Source: Eledone cirrhosa (Eukaryota). From it: a DNA stretch of 64,000 nt. Below the pieces are notes generated by a model, which was given only the letters and a program-made list of their open reading frames with translations, did not search any database and was not told the DNA's origin. The first letter of the stretch is position 1; each line of letters begins with the position of its first letter. The position numbers and the translations under genes were made by a program. The stretch lies in assembly GCA_964016885.1 (NCBI GenBank), contig OZ024749.1, forward strand, positions 56,172,001-56,236,000, in the 5' to 3' direction. Positions 57,907 to 64,000 of the stretch are shown here, one piece after another.

Positions 57907-58210
57907 ACGTAATAATACATTGAAAACAAAATACAAATACTTCAACAGAAATAGAAAGTGGAAGTTGGAATTGTTAGCTCGGAGGTTTTGAAATTCAGTA
58001 AATTCTAGCTTAATCTCTTGGATGACCAAATATGGAAGAGAGGGAGAGAGCGAGAAAGTGAGAGAGAGAGAGACAGAGAGAGAGAATGAAAGAGAGAATG
58101 AAAAAATATAAAGAAAGAGAGAAAGCAAATCTCAAAATAGGTCAGTTTTCAAAATATTTTTCATTACACTAGATAAAAATCACAGCACCTATGACAATAC
58201 CACTTCCAAC

Positions 58211-59060
58211 TGCAGCAGAAACTACAACAACTACAACAACAACAGCAGCAGAAACTACAACAACTACAACAACAACAACAGCAGCAGAAACTACAACAAC
58301 TACAACACAACAACAGCAGCAGCAGAAACTACAATAACTACAACAACAGCAGCAGAAACTACAACAACCACAACAACAACAACAACAGCAGCAGCAGAAA
58401 CAACTACAACTACAACAACAGCAGCAGAAACTACAACAACTACAACACAACAACAGCAGCAGAAACTACAACAACTACAACTACAACAACAGCAGCAGAA
58501 ACTAGAACAACAACAATAACAACAGCAGCAGCAGAAACTACAACAACTACAACTACAACAACAGCAGCAGAAACTAGAACAACTACAACTACAACAACAG
58601 CAGCAGAAACTACAACAACTACAACTACAACAACAGCAGCAGAAACTACAACAACTACAACTACAACAACAGCAGCAGAAACTACAACAACTACAACTAC
58701 AACAACAGCAGCAGAAACAACAACAACAGCAGCAACAGTAACAACACCAACAACAACAGCAGCAGCAGAAACAACAGCAACAACAACACCAGCAGCAGCA
58801 GAAACAACAGCAGCAGCAACAACAACAACAACAACAGCAGCAGAAACAACAACAACAGCAGCAACAACACCAACAACAACAGCAGCAGAAACAACAGCAG
58901 CAGAAACAACAGCAGCAGAAACAACAGCAACAACAACACCAGCAACAACAACAACAGTAGCAGCAACAACAACAACAACAGCAGCAGAAACAACAACAGA
59001 GCAACAACAACAACAACAACAGCAGCAGCAACAACAACAACAGTAGCAGCAGCAGCAGCA
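58211..59060. repeat. Compound (CAA/CAG/CTA)n repeat with a higher-order unit of about 33 bp
   Basis: gcagcagaaactacaacaactacaactacaacaaca-type repeats. Confidence 0.93.
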
Positions 59061-59502
59061 TCCACTCTGTCCTATCTATTATCTTGATGAGAACAAATAC
59101 CATTGTATGAGCTGCCACCATTATTATTGCTATTACTACTACAACGACGACCACAGCAACCACTACCACCACTACTACTGCTACTACCAATACCATAACC
59201 AATACTACAACCAACACTACCACCACCACTACCACTACCACCACCACCACTACCACTACCACTAACACTACCACCACCACTACCACTACCACTACCACTA
59301 CCACCACCACCCCAACCAACAAACAGTCACAACGAAAAGTACACTTCCATATGTACTACTGTTTTTTAACCAGTTCTGCTACTACTGCTACCACCACTAC
59401 TACAACCACCACCACTACCACTACCACTACCACCACTACTGTCACATCTATCTATCTGTTTCATCCCCCTCTTTTTCTCTTTTTTCTCCTCTCGTTTCAC
59501 TC

Positions 59503-60330
59503 ATCACTACCACCATCACTACCACCATCACCACCATCACTACCACTACCACTACCACCATCACTACCACTACCACTACCACCATCACTATCACCACCAC
59601 TACCACCATCACTACCACTATCAACATCACTACCACTACCACCATCACTACCACCATCACTACCACTACCACTACCACCATCACTACCACTACCACCATC
59701 ACTACCACTACCACTACCACCATCACTACCACTACCACCACCATCACTACCACTACCACTACCACCATCACTACCACTACCACCATCACTACCACTACCA
59801 CCACCATCACTACCACTATCACTACCACTACCACCATCACTATCACCACCACTACCACCATCACTACCACTACCACTACCACCATCACTACCACTACCAC
59901 CATCACTACCACCATCACTACCACCATCACTACCACTACCACTACCACCATCACTACCACTACCACTACCACCATCACTACCACCATCACTACCACCATC
60001 ACTACCACTACCACTACCACCATCACTACCACTACCACTATCACCATCACTACCACTACCACTACCACCATCACTATCACCACCACTACCACCATCACTA
60101 CCACTACCACTACCACCATCACTACCACTACCACTACCACTACCACCATCACTACCACCATCACTACCACTACCACTACCACCATCACTACCACTACCAC
60201 TATCACCATCACTACCATCACCACCACCATCACCATCACTACAACCACCACCATCACTACAACCACCACCATCACTACCACCATCACCACTATCATCGTC
60301 ACCACTACCACCACCACCACCACCACCATC
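59503..60330. repeat. Compound (ACC/ACT/ATC)n repeat
   Basis: Direct reading of the sequence. Confidence 0.95.
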
Positions 60331-60676
60331 ATTATCAACATCCTCACCACCTCTATTGCTACAATGAGAAAACGAAGAAACCCATAGTAAGTCACTGCCC
60401 TGCTTGAAATAGCAGCCACATTCCTCTCAATACAAAGAAGGTCCATGTTAGTTAATATTAATTCTAGTTACACTAATATAAGACAAGCTTGTAACTTCTA
60501 CCTGGACGATAACAAGCATCATCATCATCATCATCATCACAATTATCATCAGCACTATTACTATCATCATCATCATCATTATATATATATCAATAGAGAT
60601 AATTACACCCACCTGTCACATCAGTACCTCCTTACCTCACACTTCCACTCCTCCCTCACACTTTCTTTCACCTATA

Positions 60677-60746
<70 letters not shown>

Positions 60747-60835
60747 ACATATATTTACATATATATTAATTCAAATATATATTAATTGATTAAATCTTAA
60801 CCATCTACTATGTCAGGGTATGTCATGCATCATCT

Positions 60836-60902
60836 TATTTTATCTGATGAGGACGTACTGTTGAAGTTAGCTCAGTACCTCTGAAATATGTATAATAAAA
60901 TA
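60836..60902 (+). ncRNA. Type I hammerhead ribozyme motif, in element about 60765-61030 between (TA)n tracts
   Basis: Stem I TATTTTAT/ATAAAATA; CTGATGA 60844-50; stem II GGACGTACTG/CAGTACCTCT; GAAA 60883-86; stem III ATATGTAT; AUA cleavage site at 60894. Confidence 0.87.
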
Positions 60903-61031
60903 TACTTAATCACAAGAATATCTATGTTGTTAATATTTTGAATTAATATTAATAACTACGGAAAACCAAATCGGTTGAGTGCTTCCAATCTATTGTAAAA
61001 CTCATTCTTTGAACCTTGTTTAACCTTTAAA

Positions 61032-61081
<50 letters not shown>

Positions 61082-61083
<2 letters not shown>

Positions 61084-61272
61084 GTTATTCCGGGTTGAAT
61101 CGGAGGTAACCACAGTAAGTAAGGTACTCAATACATAGCAGAGTATAACAGTTTTAATATAGATGAGATTCTACAGGACTAGAACTGTTTCATTCATTAG
61201 AAATCATCAGGATTCCTGATGATTTCTAATGAATGAAACAGTTCTAGTCCTGTAGAATCTCATCTATATTAA

Positions 61273-61276
<4 letters not shown>
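61082..61276 (-). mobile_element. HHR element ending in a perfect 63+1+63-bp palindrome, inside (TA)n
   Basis: Arms 61150-61212 and 61214-61276. Each reads CTGATGA-tttctaatgaat-GAAAC-agttcta-GTC outward from the centre. Confidence 0.85.
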
Positions 61277-61310
<34 letters not shown>

Positions 61311-61325
61311 TTATATAAGCATATA

Positions 61326-61367
<42 letters not shown>

Positions 61368-61952
61368 TTCTATATCTATATATATATGTGTGCATAAATA
61401 TGCAAATTATGTTTTATATATATATATGTGTGGGGGGGGGGGTGTAACAATATAAGCATGTACATATTTATGTGTGTAAGTATGCATGCATGTTCCTATA
61501 TATATATAGGAACATGCATGCATACTTAGGAACATGCATGCATTTACACACATAAATATGTACATGCTTACATTGTTACACACCAACCCACACACACACC
61601 AACCCACACACACACACACAGGTATATATATAAGAAAAGCCAAAAACAAATACAAAAAGCAATACACTACAATATTAGTTTAACTCTTCAAATATACATG
61701 TGTGTATATGTGTAAATGCATGTTTGTGTGTAATATATGTATATATATATATATATACATACATATACATACATACATACATATATATATATATATACAT
61801 ACATATACATACATATATATATATATATACATACATATACATACATATATATATATATACATATACATACATATATATATATATATACATACATACATAT
61901 ACATGCATACATATATATACATATATATATATTATATATATACATATATATC

Positions 61953-61988
<36 letters not shown>

Positions 61989-62105
61989 CATATACATATA
62001 TACACACGTATGTACTTTCACATACATGTGTGTGTATATGAAAGTGCATATGTTTGTGTATGTGTATATATGTATATGCACACACACACATGCACTTTCA
62101 CATAC

Positions 62106-62136
<31 letters not shown>

Positions 62137-62568
62137 GATATAGATATATATACATATATATATATATAGTTTTCACATTCACCTCCACCACTTGTTTTCT
62201 TTGACCTTCTCTATCATCTCCTACTACTACCACTGTTCCCCTCATTACACAAGTCACTCTCTCCCCCCTCTCTCTCTCTCCTCTTTCTATCACTCTTTCC
62301 CCCAAATCTTGTTTCACTTTTGACCCCCACCACCACCATCCCCTCCCTCCTACCACCTCTGTCCCTTCTCTCTCTCTCTCTACAGCCGTCTCTATATTCA
62401 CTACCTCCCACCAACACTCCTCTACTCCTCACTGATTGGATGAACGACGGAAATATTCCCACCTTTACCTTCACCTACGACCCCTCCTCCCACCACCACA
62501 CCGTTCTGCTTTACCTCTAACTCTTCCTCTTTGCTGCACTTTCTTCCTGTTTCTCCTTTCTCTTTCTG

Positions 62569-62611
<43 letters not shown>

Positions 62612-62652
62612 TATATATATACATACACATATATACATATATATATATACAT

Positions 62653-62688
<36 letters not shown>

Positions 62689-62716
62689 ACACACATATAT
62701 ATATACATTCACACAC

Positions 62717-62749
<33 letters not shown>

Positions 62750-62785
62750 TATATCCATACAAATATATACATATATATATATATA

Positions 62786-62817
<32 letters not shown>

Positions 62818-62973
62818 CATACATATATACATATATATATACATACATATATATATACATATATATATACATGTATATATAAATATGTATATATGTATAT
62901 ATCTGTATATATGTAAGTATATATATGTGTATATATACATATATATACACATATATGTATACATGTATAAATA

Positions 62974-63014
<41 letters not shown>

Positions 63015-63305
63015 GTGTGTATATCATATATATATATACATATAATATAAATATATATATATATATATACACCACTCAATAATACCCCTCTGTATGCCTT
63101 CTACCTTACTTATTGCGTCCCCTCTTCTCTCAGTCTCTCTCTCACCCTATCTCTCTCAGTCTCTCTCCCTCTCTCACTATTCTTACCATCTCTATAACCC
63201 CCCCTCACCTTTCCAATAATATCCTAGTCCCTTACCCCCCCCCCCCCCCGACTCTGCCTCCAGACTTATCTCCTCCCCCACTTCTGTCTGGTTTCCCACC
63301 TTCTC

Positions 63306-63578
63306 CCTTAACACAAAATTTCTTTACTCTCACCACCACTCCTTTTACCAAATTACTCTTTCTCTCTCACACACTCACTATTTCCATTCTCTCTCTCAAA
63401 CCCCACATCTCTCCTCTCTCTCTCTCTCTCTCCACACGCTCTCTCTCCACACGCTCTCTCTCCACACGCTCTCTCTCCACACGCTCTCCCTCATCTCCTC
63501 AGTAATCTCTCCTCTCTCCACACTCTCCTTCTCTCCTATACCTCCTCATCTTAATGAGGAGGTGAGGGAGAGAGTGTG

Positions 63579-63609
<31 letters not shown>

Positions 63610-63714
63610 TGTGGGGTTTGAGAGAGAGAATGGAAATAGTGAGAGTGTGTGAGAGAGAAAGAGTAATTTGGTAAGAGGAGTGGTGGTGAGAGTAAAGAAA
63701 TGTTGTGTTAGGGG
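63306..63714. repeat. Inverted duplication with arms of about 130 bp (63306-63435 and about 63575-63714)
   Basis: tttctttactctcaccaccactcc..aaaccccacatctctcc and its reverse complement. Confidence 0.85.
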
Positions 63715-64000
63715 ACCTCTCTCCTAAACCTCCTCATCTCTCTCTCCAGTCTCTCACTCCCTACGCCTCTCTTTCTCTCTCTCTCATATTACATCTATGC
63801 ATCTCAAGCCACCACCACAGTCACCACTACTACTACTACCACCACATCCTCCTACTACTACTCCCACCCCCACTTCTGTGAAACTGAAATATTCTAGGAA
63901 CTGTGGTAAGAAGCAACAGTGGTTGTGGTCTCTTTGGAAACAGTAGTGGTAGTGGCAGATGATGTAACACTGAAGGGGCGGGGCCTTTCTACAGAGGGAG

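Noticed and set aside
58300-59322. Cys-rich metallothionein/keratin-associated-like ORF, or polyQ on +
   Set aside because: Compound trinucleotide microsatellite.

Overview
AT-rich eukaryotic non-coding DNA dominated by microsatellites ((TA)n, (CA)n, (GA)n, (GTA)n, (CAA)n), minisatellites and dispersed repeats. There is one 200-N gap. The repeat content (tRNA-derived SINEs, microsatellite load) looks cephalopod/octopus-like, which is an inference. No intact protein-coding gene is supported, and almost all tracked ORFs are translated simple repeats. Recognisable parts are more than 20 copies or fragments of tRNA-headed SINEs, a 3' fragment of an RTE (Rex3/Expander-like) LINE, a CRE-like endonuclease fragment and a Tc1/mariner-type MITE. 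The main hidden signal is that many short 'unique' islands between (TA)n tracts are 150-500 bp elements built around type I hammerhead ribozyme (HHR) motifs (CTGA-N-GA...stem II...GAAA-palindrome-NUH). About 12 loci from at least 6 sequence families are visible, several as fold-back inverted duplications. They resemble Penelope-like pLTR or retrozyme remnants. Three divergent copies share a covarying stem II with an invariant C.C mismatch, three have very long stem II inserts, and most carry a GAG(TG/CA/TA)C(T/C) motif about 35-60 nt from the 3' end. Two oppositely oriented SINEs have also amplified their 45-bp Pol III A-box head into 15- and 28-unit arrays.
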